From IMG/VR virus record IMGVR_UViG_3300020109_000084, positions 1-31,955 of that record: DNA of 31,955 bases. The stretch is one strand, 5' to 3'. Made by a program: the position numbers and the translations under genes. Source of the DNA: a virus (Duplodnaviria > Caudoviricetes). This document shows, piece by piece, positions 19,401-26,842 of the stretch (within the stretch, counting starts at the first letter, position 1; each line of letters opens with the position of its first letter). The notes beneath the pieces were generated by a model that saw only the letters and a program-made list of their open reading frames with translations, was not told the DNA's origin and made no database searches.

Positions 19401-22400
19401 CTTATTGACTAATAATCAAACAGGCAATTTTGAAGATGAAGAATTCATTAGAAATTACTTAATATCCTTTAGAGGACAAAGTGGTAATTTTACTTCATCT
19501 GATGTTGCTGAAATTAGGAAATTAAGTTGTAAAAATTTTGAGGGAAGTGGATTTTTCTCACCAGGACAAATTATCAGATCGGAAAATAGTAAAGCTGAAG
19601 TTATTGGATTCAACAAACCAAGAGGTATAGTCTATCTCGGTAAGATGGGTAGATCTACCAGCATTGGGGCAGATTTTCATACTGTAGTTTTTAATGGCAA
19701 TGCAAAACTTTCCACAATTCAGAAGAAGTTTGGTACAACTTCTTTAAGATTGGATGGGGATATGGATTATCTCAGCATATCCAATACCACAGAATTTGAT
19801 TTTGTAAATTATACACTTGAAGCATGGATTCATTTACCAGATATTCCAGCAGAAGAATATTCTATGGTGTTTGCAACTACTGGTGCTAATCAGTATTGGG
19901 GTATTCGCAATGTCTCTGGCACTTTATACTTAACATCATATACAAATACCACTGTTAACGAGCAAACAACTGGTACTGGCGTTTCAGTTGGTCAATGGAC
20001 TCATGTTGCTTGGTCAAGGAGTGGAAATACAATTAAATCATTTATTAATGGAAATTTGGTTCACACTGGGACTTCTGCAGGAGTTACTGACGCCACAGGA
20101 TTGAATATTGGTTATTCTGCATCATATGCAAATCAATACGAAATAAATGCGTATATTGATGAGGTTAGAGTGTCTGATACTACAAGGTATACGGCAAACT
20201 TTACTCCAGCAACTGGAATATTCCAAGGTGATACAAATACAAAACTATTACTTCACTTAGATGGTGCCAATAACCAAACTTATACTGAAGATTGGTCTGG
20301 AGTAGCAACCTGGTCTAAAGGTAATGATTTTTCCAATGATTCAATTCGTGCTACTGTACTTGCAAATCCAACAACAATTCCAACTGGATTTGCTGGTAAA
20401 ACATTTAGATATCTAGATGCGGCCAATCTTCTATTAGACAATAAAGAATTTATGGCTAGAGAGATCGTTTATAGACTTGAAAATTCTTCACCATTCTCAC
20501 CATTTAGTGTCCCAACTGGATCTCAGTCTTGTGTTGATGATGTAATCGATATTGTTGAAGAGCTTGCAAGAGATCTAAGAAATGGTGGCAATAGCTACAT
20601 GTGGGATGCATCTGCATTATATGTAAATCGCACTGTCACGCCAGTTACTTTGAGACATGTTGCTGGGGAAGAAGCACAAACACTCTGGGTGTATAATTAT
20701 CTAATTGGGGTATGTCAGGATGTCATAAACAATGTCTTTATTTCAGTTATTGGTAATCACGGATTAACTCAGGTAACTAATGCTACACTTACTGATTCTA
20801 ATAATACTATCACTCAGTTAACCCCAACAAATGCATCTTATAATCCTGCTACAGGACTACTTATACTTACCGTATCTAGTCATGGATTGACAACAAGTAA
20901 TTATATATCTATAGATCCAGAGTCATTAACATTCACATGCACCAGTGATGGAAATTATAGACAACTTAAGCATCCAAGAGTTTCTGATACTAGAGCATAT
21001 AATAGAGTGCTTCCTATTGTATCAACAACTGTTAATACATTTACGGTAAATGTTGGTGTATCTCCAGCAGATGCACAGTTTACACATACATTTGTAAGTG
21101 CAGCAGCTAATTCTGTTAATGTTTTAAATTATAGTACTACCGATTGTACAGATGTTAAGGATACAATTGCAAATCTACTTGATATCCTAATCGATACTAT
21201 TACTATTGCACAAACACCAAATGTAACTTATCCAACTGGTGATTATCTAGGATCTTTAACGAGGGTTGCTCCTGTATATGAGTATCTTGGCGCATATGTT
21301 GATGCATATTATAGTGTGCCATTTGATATAGATCAAGTTAATAATGTTGATGACTATATTGTCACTAGAAGAATTGATACTGCATCTAGAAATAGATTCT
21401 ATGATGCAGCAAATCTAATTAGATATAATAGAGAGGCTATTGTTGATAAGACTGCATATGATATGCTTCAAAAATATCCAGAATTAGCTTTAACTATGCC
21501 TGGAAATGAGGATGGAGATGGAAGTGGTACTGAAAGATGTAAAACTGATCTTGGATTACTTCTTGATGCAGTTGCAAAAGACATTCAATATGGTGGTAAT
21601 TTCAATACAGTAACTGGGGTTAAATTCTATATTAAGAATAATGGTGAAATTCAACATGTTAGATTGCAACTACTACAATCTCTATATGCACACGAACGTC
21701 TCGGATACTATGCAAAACAAGCAGTAATTGGAGATTTAACTAGTGCAAATACAGATCAACCAATTATTCAACCTTGGGGTATAACGGTTGATGCTGGCGA
21801 TTGTCAAAATGTAAGAGATGCAATTGATACATTAATTTCTCTTGCTAATGATATTCTTGCTCCTACTGGAGACAGATATAGAGATGCTGGCAACTTACTA
21901 TATTTTAACAAAAATTATATTGCTGAAGAGGCTGTAGAAATCCTAGAAAAAGATTTTACATATACTTTAAGTACTACAAATTACTTGGCATTTACTTATC
22001 CTCTTGGTGGAAAAGCAAGATGTCAAGTAGATATCAAGTTAATCATTGATAGCATAATTACTGATCTAATAACTGGTGGAAATGCAAATACTGTTGAATC
22101 TATTAATTTTTATGTTACTCAAAATGGTGGAATTGAACATGTTGAAGATCAATTATTAGCAACACTATATGCTTTTGAAAAAGTTAAATTCCTAGGGTCT
22201 AAAGCAGTAAATAACTTACTTTACAATAAGAATGCATCTGTAACTGGTGATCAGTATGCTGCGTTATATACCACACAAAATGCTTATCGTGATAATACAA
22301 TTACCGATTCAAATGGAAATGGTAACTATACGCAAGCAGATTGTAATGATGTTGTATCGGCATACCAAAATCTTTGGGATACACTAATCGATGCATTATC

Positions 22401-25400
22401 TCCTTCTAGAGATGATGGAATTTATGGCGGAAGAATTTTACTCTTCAATAAAAATTATTTTAAGGAAGAAATAAAAGCAAATGTTGATACACAATTTGGG
22501 GCAGGTACTTGGACACCTAACGATACTACATTTATCAATCAGATTGCTGATGATATCATTCATGATATCACATTAACTGATACTTCTACTACGAATTCAA
22601 CCACTGCTCAACCCATTTCTCTTCTTAGAGAAGGCGTTATTAGTGTAATTTCTTTAACTAATGTTGGTGCTGGATATCAATCAACTCCAACCATTCAAAT
22701 TAGTGATCCTGGCGCTGGCGGAATTGCTGCAACAGCAACAGCAAACTTAAGTAATGGTGGAAAATTAACATCTATTGTAATCAATTCTGCTGGATCTAAT
22801 TTTAACTATGCCCCAGAATTAATATTCATTGGAGCTGGTACAAGTGGTTGGGGTGGTAGTACAGTTAGAAATCCAGTTGGAGGTGGAATTAGTGCAGTCC
22901 GCTATGATGGATTAGTATTTGATTTTAGATCCACAAACACCGCATCTTATACATTGGGTGCTGGTTGTGCAACAGTAACAAATGGTACTGGATCTGGTAC
23001 AACTGGCAATTTTAATGCTGGTAAATCCTATGTTAAGTTTGGAGCAGGTGCTGGAGCAAATACCGCTACCATCAATACTCCATATGATATGACAGCATAT
23101 GATACTATTAGAGTCTATGCTATTGCAGGTAATAATACAAATGGGGGAGAAGCTCCCGCAGCTGCTGGTCAAAATTTAACTCTCCTTTATTCAATTGACA
23201 ATGGAGCAACATATGTTACTCATGACACCATCATTTTTGGTGGTGATGCGGGAACATCTGGTATTAATGGTCAAAACCAAAATTATACTAATTTTGCAAC
23301 GCTAAATTACGTGGATATTCCCATCAGAACAGCAGCTAAGACATCTAGTACTAGATGGAGAGTGCAAAGAAGTGCTGGTGGAACGGCAACAGATAACTAT
23401 GGATTGTATAGAATTGGATTTATTGATACTGAAGCTGTATTTCCGACTGGCGTTGGCTATGATTTTGCGCTTACACAAAATGACACATCTACTACATCAG
23501 TAGATCCAACTATCACAATTAATACAACAGTATTTGTAGAATCTATTACTATTACTAATAGAGGTAAGGGATATGATCCAAATAATCCACCAACAGTAAC
23601 ATTTACTGGTGGAAATCCAACCACAGGAGCTCTAGGCACTGCAACAGTGGTATATAATACCACTAGATTTACTGCTGGTAGTCCAGTCACAAACGGCGCT
23701 GGTGGGTCTGCAACTGTCTTAGAAGATACTGGAGATGTCGTATATCTTGGACCAACTACAGGCACTGCTATGGCAGTTGGACAAACTCTGACACAGGGAT
23801 CTGTAACAGCAGTAATTCCTACTGGCGGTGTTGGTGCGGCATTTAAATGGTTTACCAATATTGCAAATATTCAAAGTATTAATACTGCAAAAAATCTTAC
23901 AAATTTAGTTGAAAGTGAAACTTTCTCTACTAACTTAGTTACTAATTCTGAATTTTATAATGCTACATCGTGGGTAAGCACTAATAATACAATATTAAAT
24001 AATAATTCTTTAGCACCAGATGGTACTAATACTGCAATTAGTTTCAAACCAACCTCAACTAATGGTGTGCATGAAGTTTATAGGCAATATAATATAACAT
24101 CTTTTGAAACTTATGATAGCAATGGAGTGAGATTTGATAATGAAACACTCAGATATGATAATGGTCCAAATTCAACCACAACAACTCAACAATTTACAAT
24201 ATCATACTTTGTAAAAGCTAATGGATATGGGAGACTTAGATTATCATATAGGGTAGATACTGCTGCAACTCCTTCATTGCGACTTGATGTAAATGTTTCT
24301 ACAGGAGTTGTCGAAAACTTCTTTACTAATTCCACATTTAGCAATGTTTCTCATGCTATGCTTCCATATGGAAATGGATGGTATAGAATTTATATAACGG
24401 CATCTATTCCTTATGGATATAGTAATATTAGAGCACACATTGCGTTTAAAAACCCTGCTGGTAGTTTGAGCTTTGCAGGAAATACTACAAGTGGATTCTT
24501 TATTTGGGGATCTAAGATTAATATCAATGCAGTTGATGGTTATCAGGCAGTGTCTGGTCAAAAATTATTTGTAAATAAAGAATATAATATTAAAAAGTAT
24601 GCATTGACGCTCCTTGAGGATCTATCGCTAAATACACTTCTTCAAAATCTACCATCTCCTTCAACATTTGCTGGATTCTTATCCTATACAAATGCTGGTT
24701 GGTTATCTTACTATGATTCATATTCAATTCATAGAATAGTTAGAAATTGCATATCAATAATTGTCAATCAACTTTCTGATAGTGATTACTATACTAATAT
24801 TAATTCTATTAGTGGAATTGATGTGCCAAATTCGACTTATGGAATTAGAGATATTACAGTACCTCTTGGTGGCGAAGTGGTTGGTGGAGATAACGTTTAT
24901 GCATTATCTGCAAATAATTATGCTGAAATTGGAGCAATTTCCTTAAATGAGGCAAAAATTGCCAAAGTATATCAAAGATTCAGAATTGATGGTGACATTG
25001 AAGATGGTCCATTTACAATGAATGAAATTGTTAGAAAACAAGGAGCAACCTCAACAGTATTTGGTGTTGTATATGGATTCCACACCGATGATAATGATAT
25101 TTCGTATATTGATGTTATATCAACTGGTACATTACCATTTACAATTGGTAGTATTTTAGTTGGTGATGAAAATGGCACAACTTGCTCAATGGATCAAATT
25201 GAAAATAGATTACACATTATTGAGTTACTGGGTGATTTTGAAGATGGTCAGATATTTGAAGGTTATACTTCAAATGCAACTGCACAAGTTGTTAATTTAA
25301 ATAGAAATGAAGCCGCTGCCTTAGATAATACTGGTGGTAGAATTGAAGTTGATACAGAATCTTTAGTTGGAGAATTTGAAAAAACTGCCGTTGTTTACGC

Positions 25401-26805
25401 AGAAAATACAAGATTATATATTGATACTGCTTATATTTCTGGTACTTCTATAGAAGTTGGAGACAGAATAATTTCAAATGGTCATAATAGAATCGGTATC
25501 AACATAACTGGTACGCTGAATGAATTTGCTGAAGGTGGAATAATCTATAAACTTACAAATGGAGTGCAGGATATTAATAATACTGCTCTAATCACAGAAG
25601 TTGATTTGATTAATAACTATCTTTACATTTATCCTATAAATGGATCACTATCAAATGGTGATACTATTGTGTATTATGGTCTTCAAAATTTTGCTATTGG
25701 ACAAGCATCAATTTCTACAGTTGTTGTAAATCCTGCAACTGGATCTGCGCTAGTGGAAAATATTATTACAATTGGCACAAGTCAAAGATTATTCCTATCG
25801 AATGTAATTGGAGAAATCACACTTAGAGATGGTATAATTGCTAGAAATTATGTTGCTGGTATTTTAGATCGTATAGAAGTCAAGGGTAGGGTCAAACGTG
25901 CAACTAGAGGATTTGATGGAGTGCAAACTACATTTGATCTAACATTTGGTAATGGTGAGCAATACTTCCCAGATCCTGCTGGGCATCTCTTAATATTCAT
26001 TAATGGCACATTGCAACCACCTGGAGCAACAAATGCATTTACTGCATTTTCCGATAAAATACAGTTTACCGAGCCCCCATCATTGGGATCCTCCTTCACG
26101 GGATTCTATGTGGGTAAGTTGAGACAGTTAGATGATATTTCTTCAGAATTTGATTCATTGAGACAATCGTTTAACTTGAAGAGAAATGGAATTTTCTATT
26201 CACTAACTCTTACCGAAGGTATCCAATCAACTTCTATTAAACCAGAAAATAATATTATAGTTTCAGTTAATGGTGTTATTCAAGAACCTGGAGTTGGATT
26301 TGAAATTGTTGGTTCTAGAATCATCTTTACAGAAATACCTCGTGTTGGATCTACTTTTGTTGCATTCTCTTATGTTGGATCTGAAGCTGATGTGGATGCT
26401 GCAGAAGTTGTACCACCTATTGAGGCTGGAGATTTTATCAGTATCCAAGGAGAAACTACAGACAGAGAAGTTGCAGTTATTGAATCATCAAACTCTTTGA
26501 TAACATTTGATTATCTTGGATCTATATTTGGTAAGGGTGCTCAAGCTACATGTAATTTAACTTCTGGATATATTTCCAATGCAACTATAACTGCTGGTGG
26601 ATCTGGTTACACTTCTAGACCAACAGTTAGAATCGATTCTATCACTGGATTTGAAGCAGAGATTAAAGCACTGGTTGGTGTTTCTGGTATATCTGTTGTT
26701 GAATCTGGGACTGGATATCAAAATCCATCCGTTGTGATCGAAACTCTGGTAGATGATGATTGGGTTTCACCAGATCCAAATGATTATCCACCAGAAATTA
26801 GATAA
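7459..26805 (+). CDS. gp7: Giant gp7-like baseplate wedge initiator / multidomain adhesin (6448 aa)
   Basis: Follows gp6. It has gp7-type motifs (FEKFLEYYY; IKTFYSTKGT...LFKLLYG; VQDSYYYQDFSY...VHPASFKVFG) interspersed with G-x-G-Y repeats, YHYH-like, beta-propeller-like, two LamG-like, helical-repeat, Asp-box and CBM-like segments. Confidence 0.85.
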   Translation: MSINKVSQSIKTLVPEYFQENFPLFEKFLEYYYKSQEKSGLGQNILNQFLDILNIDDLNVNILDGSTILVESITSQSDTLVVENVDGFLETNGSILIGNEVIFYEKSVQSPSIALSPGVNYGQVKLKWINLFNPIELFDGEEERFTLKLQNSPISVPSAAHLLVTLYGRVLVPEVDYTIDGNDIVFTVAPAEKTQYDDPTSTSIVYLRGFSDNTIFELDDITSQFSVIKSTFVLKNQGVNYTPIIDEYLLIFYNGSVLVPREDYTLDGDQITFSFIPLVGNDLNIFAIEAPIPTFGSGAIGFSRVNDDGELVDVVVKNSGSQYRFEYPPKVSVKGAAGSSGASVTSLVNGIKSIKLINGGKGYRDNNPPKVKVDLPTIDGSKAPVIEAVVEDGTVTSINIISSGSGYTFIPRITFEQPTGAEIGAVTVTNGVINENSISIISGGSGYTTAPLIYIAPPTGLNGIQAKINAVLNDNGEVSQLVLVNAGQGYEVAPRVAVIQPTGAQVLYSTVDAAGRLIDIEILDGGSGYDDVPSVYIVDDRVDPVTGQYIGGVGAKASAVIFNGQITDINITNFGEGYSSSLPPKVIIQSPPPALASADIGDGEVTGFEVVRNGSGYQKCKFEGCARAASGLLKYTEEGNAVFSGSTSASEHLSGSSITCLDSVFVRKILDKYSEQYLPDVPKLDFANIDVRNAIRTIKTFYSTKGTSLSISYLFKLLYGVNATVSYPRDQIIKPSAATWSVGTVLRATLESGDPINIKDSTVQQFADIADTNVRYATALVENYLAIQTSEEPLYELVLSAGSIQGSFVVPYKTKLAEPITEDTNIITVDSTIGWPERNGEFVINGNEIVRYKEKSLNQFIECTRGSSKTTPQNWDSATEIISNFKIYLNYGTAQEVVLNIVGIVDAQQTKLTDTGSYYFPGDKLAVSKLGGTADIPQLKTWIYNVKKIVKATNLTFGGVNNRFATVTCDVSHGLLVGDQVTIYGANPTIYNGTFEVTSRDSDTVFQYQLPQPATLNPQGTILISVDLNKGKSLTTSINTAISPYTTNVQNAFFNTDYVYVASTGIPNYNIGPFVGSALLPGNQRKLNRFSLVTQTRSTKNATLPGSIATLINGVSVWSYKSAETKKYGFVKQILIENSGSGYDAGNPPVLTISDGGGSGATAKVIVDGSLTAVKVDNQGNGYTSSPLVSIVGGGGSGASATAIITKGKVSNILINNGGSGYTSKPEISIVGGGGSGATGTAVVRGPIKSVLVTDGGEDYTADPNVTLSSGVGAAAQPIISNGRIVSIAVISGGVGYTTAPEVTIQGEGFGAVARAVIDLDGENAGKVTSIVILNKGIGYKSGTTLINLTSIGQNAVFDAQLSEWTFNLEKTTTYDSARGSIFTGYNTQYGGEYAHVSNPQRLRYILGDNLFIVNDEIQEKTEQLEHSPILGWAFDGNPIYGPYAFSDPTSTTSPISRMRSSYALKSNVIYDSIINPYPARVQGPSLDEYPVGDFVEDYEYNFASGDLDQYNGRFCKTPDFPNGQYCYFITIDASADGNPVFPYIIGPNYNSLVDEWNLSASAIQQNIPTGVVRYRDPYENVDIDVERTPNASQNSITLENGDILRFEIEDENRDGIISPDETSDPDEILEEAPLQIFDYFPKVKFDSKVDIEVETTTKFEDASVTGFTVENPGQNYQVNDILIFDNTGTNGNGASARISRIGGEKVEAYTYEILDDKIYGTITTTVPHTLLSGDKIYVDYSPIMDNTNKTFVVRQFKGIEEIVVTQNGSGYNEDIPSVITVSGDGKSGSVESVVDSLGAISQVNITNSGNSYTSNPRLLISHPQIFKKAQYWVSRASGGQSKIKINDVIVTTSKQVYICGSSVDSNGNTIGFFSKLTADGAEEYSKTLNSNLPVGVPTNLEFKKMVVDNGNIWIVGQNSPNSSSLSVYNPDIILVKYTEAVDGLSASLSFQKAYAGISGSTRSDNITSLVKISTNRFAIGGFTNTNSTSAFDAFIGVIDTAGSFVTKRKLASATGSEKLTSMQLVDGSLFFTLETSTTSSSTNTNLSLGKVTVLSTSIEVVWIKEQSNANYAFTDINLTSDEYGELYVVATCRLKATPSITDSFWVGKYDQSGNQIWNYRYTTGSNSTKVATKSSVDIFGDLHFAYSAVNTSAETLPVGANTNYSGEIYGGNVKIKYDGTLLTHTKERFIPSTSGSNIEGFYPITIETDNSGDNYVFGQSYINRNEFVYDFNGAPVIGDATGNTAYDKTNHYTPTLVGTGSGANQALIFGSGYATIRGYTTTIATTVTAYIKHLGSALGSKLAGDWTFDMLVHKPSSIQHSSNTNITLFAIGDATTTTGGLWLGYDISTGKLKLTVTNNVTALTAASGSLESSQTNMWFNDRWQFIGLRKSGNVFTAYVNGIEVMTGTVQSTSLGNKDVYIGNQPGWGGVAGAFTADRQGRFHVDFIRLRSYAVIPSVPSDCITLPATQNFPLTYDWVDDAWFSNNLDRYDYVESYGSGIKSDKDQDLVRLVTNDFQDNTTFTLQRETVSSSASTLTISSAGYTLGNAGLQILDFSEATTLYVSDLTNINYVSDIWSFRNATVPSPGSQKLKAEAIVKNRYYFKVTNTKKIDNIQKLTINQAFNFTVGAKLVLKNTSGNFVNSGYIVKVDKTLNQVYLAVNNNSWLNDLNTGRLSTERFDEQTTFGIRGPVVSDTNIFDYYVFSEVTNTTPGTFVINLSNYGTPSPVGGIDNLDEYATFQPYSATAIYQVRINSISGTSPYIPGSVISLTNSNISFNAAYNILTITGLTAVTNITLTTNLNKILQVTAVSNTDQVYVITTNSHYLSEGSQIYVDGNPSQTVSNVVYDEYDGSFAVDKIISKKEFTYKLPSVAITSPSTIPNDVSIFIKSPNLKMYYGHQYIFDMSHSSLLGANLSFSKDSLNKLEYSFNSIERIGTPGIVLSGSPPSVKLKVDKEYITNISYYFDPSRSGDDSPISSGAFLDIGNSPYIGPFDVVSTSGGNITTGDNAMTFILKSEPEGVAIPEQTSYSTDSTRAVGPIANIRLVSGGGFYQRLPIVTGIESTRKIERVEIEDPGTEYANGTYDNVPIQGDGEGGLVTIIVDNTTDEEANIIPGQIVDVTVSSPGKNYTTAFIDVDGIPGILGTGLTGSGAVLNVVIPPIGTGASIFTKGSSVGKIKKLKNNNFGFDYTHDYTLRPEITFPVNAQLINTSVLSSIRVTNPGNGYSQPPAVIITGGGGSGAIAESTIRNGRLEQIYIKDPGSGYSSEPTVELKSSFNYIINLDLGLLQFAFPHGIVNGAPVTLNVVDIGDGAEFPLAAGSIGRLNGTTTYYAISGVENSLEDDQLQLALTESNAELGDAITFVNAGLGRQQLLTTSFGGSAEATVETSTFLEGELVYQGPSFATATATGYVSTNGGWQIGPRLLKITDRNGDFVVNEKITGVISKSSGTIAELNIAKGVLEIGAITKTSGQFIDDIGKPSEIVQRVQDSYYYQDFSYAIDSSILINDWKDPVIKNVHPASFKVFGQLSLNENSYIANRETDFSLTKSVELAREAIVPNIQDFTLVEPIYQDFNNTEVLFRQRRLTSSEQILTSTVQRLDDISPLFDGERISFPLTVDGQQVIANENQLMVILNGIAQTPGTSFEIQSNSIVFAQPPAPPAKVQYAVAEIEQIDTIKLTFNNVSGFYPLVGNTITGSLAGPPKLVVTLVEGNDVYGYMTQGNFTIGEFVTAGSTGFAGNIATKADIDNIGLYIFGETIRNLQGKTAKVEEVNLATGSDTPIAELRFSIGIGTTTFEVVQTDGSGPVGAATFVSGKNYQIGSELIKVTDVSQGSQSTTITVQRAQSGTTAVNYNEATPIYGTEIQVTNELVISKTTGTYQSTPGLFDIKVNDVIVAAGSKVVSRVLALSVYKVKDTNESIPSVTISDGSAFFAFLFNRITSANYPNTIIDDLSKSIVSLVDFNDNQTPFNAKFPSTEFISNNVLLTNNQTGNFEDEEFIRNYLISFRGQSGNFTSSDVAEIRKLSCKNFEGSGFFSPGQIIRSENSKAEVIGFNKPRGIVYLGKMGRSTSIGADFHTVVFNGNAKLSTIQKKFGTTSLRLDGDMDYLSISNTTEFDFVNYTLEAWIHLPDIPAEEYSMVFATTGANQYWGIRNVSGTLYLTSYTNTTVNEQTTGTGVSVGQWTHVAWSRSGNTIKSFINGNLVHTGTSAGVTDATGLNIGYSASYANQYEINAYIDEVRVSDTTRYTANFTPATGIFQGDTNTKLLLHLDGANNQTYTEDWSGVATWSKGNDFSNDSIRATVLANPTTIPTGFAGKTFRYLDAANLLLDNKEFMAREIVYRLENSSPFSPFSVPTGSQSCVDDVIDIVEELARDLRNGGNSYMWDASALYVNRTVTPVTLRHVAGEEAQTLWVYNYLIGVCQDVINNVFISVIGNHGLTQVTNATLTDSNNTITQLTPTNASYNPATGLLILTVSSHGLTTSNYISIDPESLTFTCTSDGNYRQLKHPRVSDTRAYNRVLPIVSTTVNTFTVNVGVSPADAQFTHTFVSAAANSVNVLNYSTTDCTDVKDTIANLLDILIDTITIAQTPNVTYPTGDYLGSLTRVAPVYEYLGAYVDAYYSVPFDIDQVNNVDDYIVTRRIDTASRNRFYDAANLIRYNREAIVDKTAYDMLQKYPELALTMPGNEDGDGSGTERCKTDLGLLLDAVAKDIQYGGNFNTVTGVKFYIKNNGEIQHVRLQLLQSLYAHERLGYYAKQAVIGDLTSANTDQPIIQPWGITVDAGDCQNVRDAIDTLISLANDILAPTGDRYRDAGNLLYFNKNYIAEEAVEILEKDFTYTLSTTNYLAFTYPLGGKARCQVDIKLIIDSIITDLITGGNANTVESINFYVTQNGGIEHVEDQLLATLYAFEKVKFLGSKAVNNLLYNKNASVTGDQYAALYTTQNAYRDNTITDSNGNGNYTQADCNDVVSAYQNLWDTLIDALSPSRDDGIYGGRILLFNKNYFKEEIKANVDTQFGAGTWTPNDTTFINQIADDIIHDITLTDTSTTNSTTAQPISLLREGVISVISLTNVGAGYQSTPTIQISDPGAGGIAATATANLSNGGKLTSIVINSAGSNFNYAPELIFIGAGTSGWGGSTVRNPVGGGISAVRYDGLVFDFRSTNTASYTLGAGCATVTNGTGSGTTGNFNAGKSYVKFGAGAGANTATINTPYDMTAYDTIRVYAIAGNNTNGGEAPAAAGQNLTLLYSIDNGATYVTHDTIIFGGDAGTSGINGQNQNYTNFATLNYVDIPIRTAAKTSSTRWRVQRSAGGTATDNYGLYRIGFIDTEAVFPTGVGYDFALTQNDTSTTSVDPTITINTTVFVESITITNRGKGYDPNNPPTVTFTGGNPTTGALGTATVVYNTTRFTAGSPVTNGAGGSATVLEDTGDVVYLGPTTGTAMAVGQTLTQGSVTAVIPTGGVGAAFKWFTNIANIQSINTAKNLTNLVESETFSTNLVTNSEFYNATSWVSTNNTILNNNSLAPDGTNTAISFKPTSTNGVHEVYRQYNITSFETYDSNGVRFDNETLRYDNGPNSTTTTQQFTISYFVKANGYGRLRLSYRVDTAATPSLRLDVNVSTGVVENFFTNSTFSNVSHAMLPYGNGWYRIYITASIPYGYSNIRAHIAFKNPAGSLSFAGNTTSGFFIWGSKININAVDGYQAVSGQKLFVNKEYNIKKYALTLLEDLSLNTLLQNLPSPSTFAGFLSYTNAGWLSYYDSYSIHRIVRNCISIIVNQLSDSDYYTNINSISGIDVPNSTYGIRDITVPLGGEVVGGDNVYALSANNYAEIGAISLNEAKIAKVYQRFRIDGDIEDGPFTMNEIVRKQGATSTVFGVVYGFHTDDNDISYIDVISTGTLPFTIGSILVGDENGTTCSMDQIENRLHIIELLGDFEDGQIFEGYTSNATAQVVNLNRNEAAALDNTGGRIEVDTESLVGEFEKTAVVYAENTRLYIDTAYISGTSIEVGDRIISNGHNRIGINITGTLNEFAEGGIIYKLTNGVQDINNTALITEVDLINNYLYIYPINGSLSNGDTIVYYGLQNFAIGQASISTVVVNPATGSALVENIITIGTSQRLFLSNVIGEITLRDGIIARNYVAGILDRIEVKGRVKRATRGFDGVQTTFDLTFGNGEQYFPDPAGHLLIFINGTLQPPGATNAFTAFSDKIQFTEPPSLGSSFTGFYVGKLRQLDDISSEFDSLRQSFNLKRNGIFYSLTLTEGIQSTSIKPENNIIVSVNGVIQEPGVGFEIVGSRIIFTEIPRVGSTFVAFSYVGSEADVDAAEVVPPIEAGDFISIQGETTDREVAVIESSNSLITFDYLGSIFGKGAQATCNLTSGYISNATITAGGSGYTSRPTVRIDSITGFEAEIKALVGVSGISVVESGTGYQNPSVVIETLVDDDWVSPDPNDYPPEIR
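8341..11520 (+). repeat. Protein-level ~38-aa Gly-rich beta repeats (I-x-x-x-G-x-G-Y...P-x-V-x-I...G-x-G-A-x-A)
   Basis: Two arrays, ~8341-9330 (8 copies) and ~10840-11520 (6 copies). I count about 27 copies over the whole gene by eye; the DNA has diverged between copies. Confidence 0.85.
14371..14814 (+). other. LamG/concanavalin-like domain 1 in gp7-like protein
   Basis: GDWTFDMLVH...WQFIGLRKSGNVFTAYVNG...VYIG...VDFIRL. Confidence 0.7.
19681..20265 (+). other. LamG/concanavalin-like domain 2 in gp7-like protein
   Basis: KKFGTTSLRLDG...YTLEAWIH...WTHVAWSRSGNTIKSFING...YIDEVRVS...RYTANFTP...NTKLLLHLDG. Confidence 0.8.
20407..22580 (+). repeat. Four degenerate helical repeats (R-x-x-DA-x-NL-x-x-x-N ... 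C-x-x-D ... D-x-x-x-GGN ... DC-x-x-V)
   Basis: Copies start at ~20407, ~21394, ~21874 and ~22417; the last is truncated or degenerate. Confidence 0.8.
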
Positions 26806-26815
26806 ATTTAAACAC

Positions 26816-26823
26816 CATAAATA
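26816..26823 (+). promoter_or_regulatory. T4-type late promoter (NATAAATA)
   Basis: CATAAATA in the 37-bp gap between the gp7 stop and the next ATG. Confidence 0.8.
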
Positions 26824-26842
26824 ACTAAAAAGTTTAAAATCA

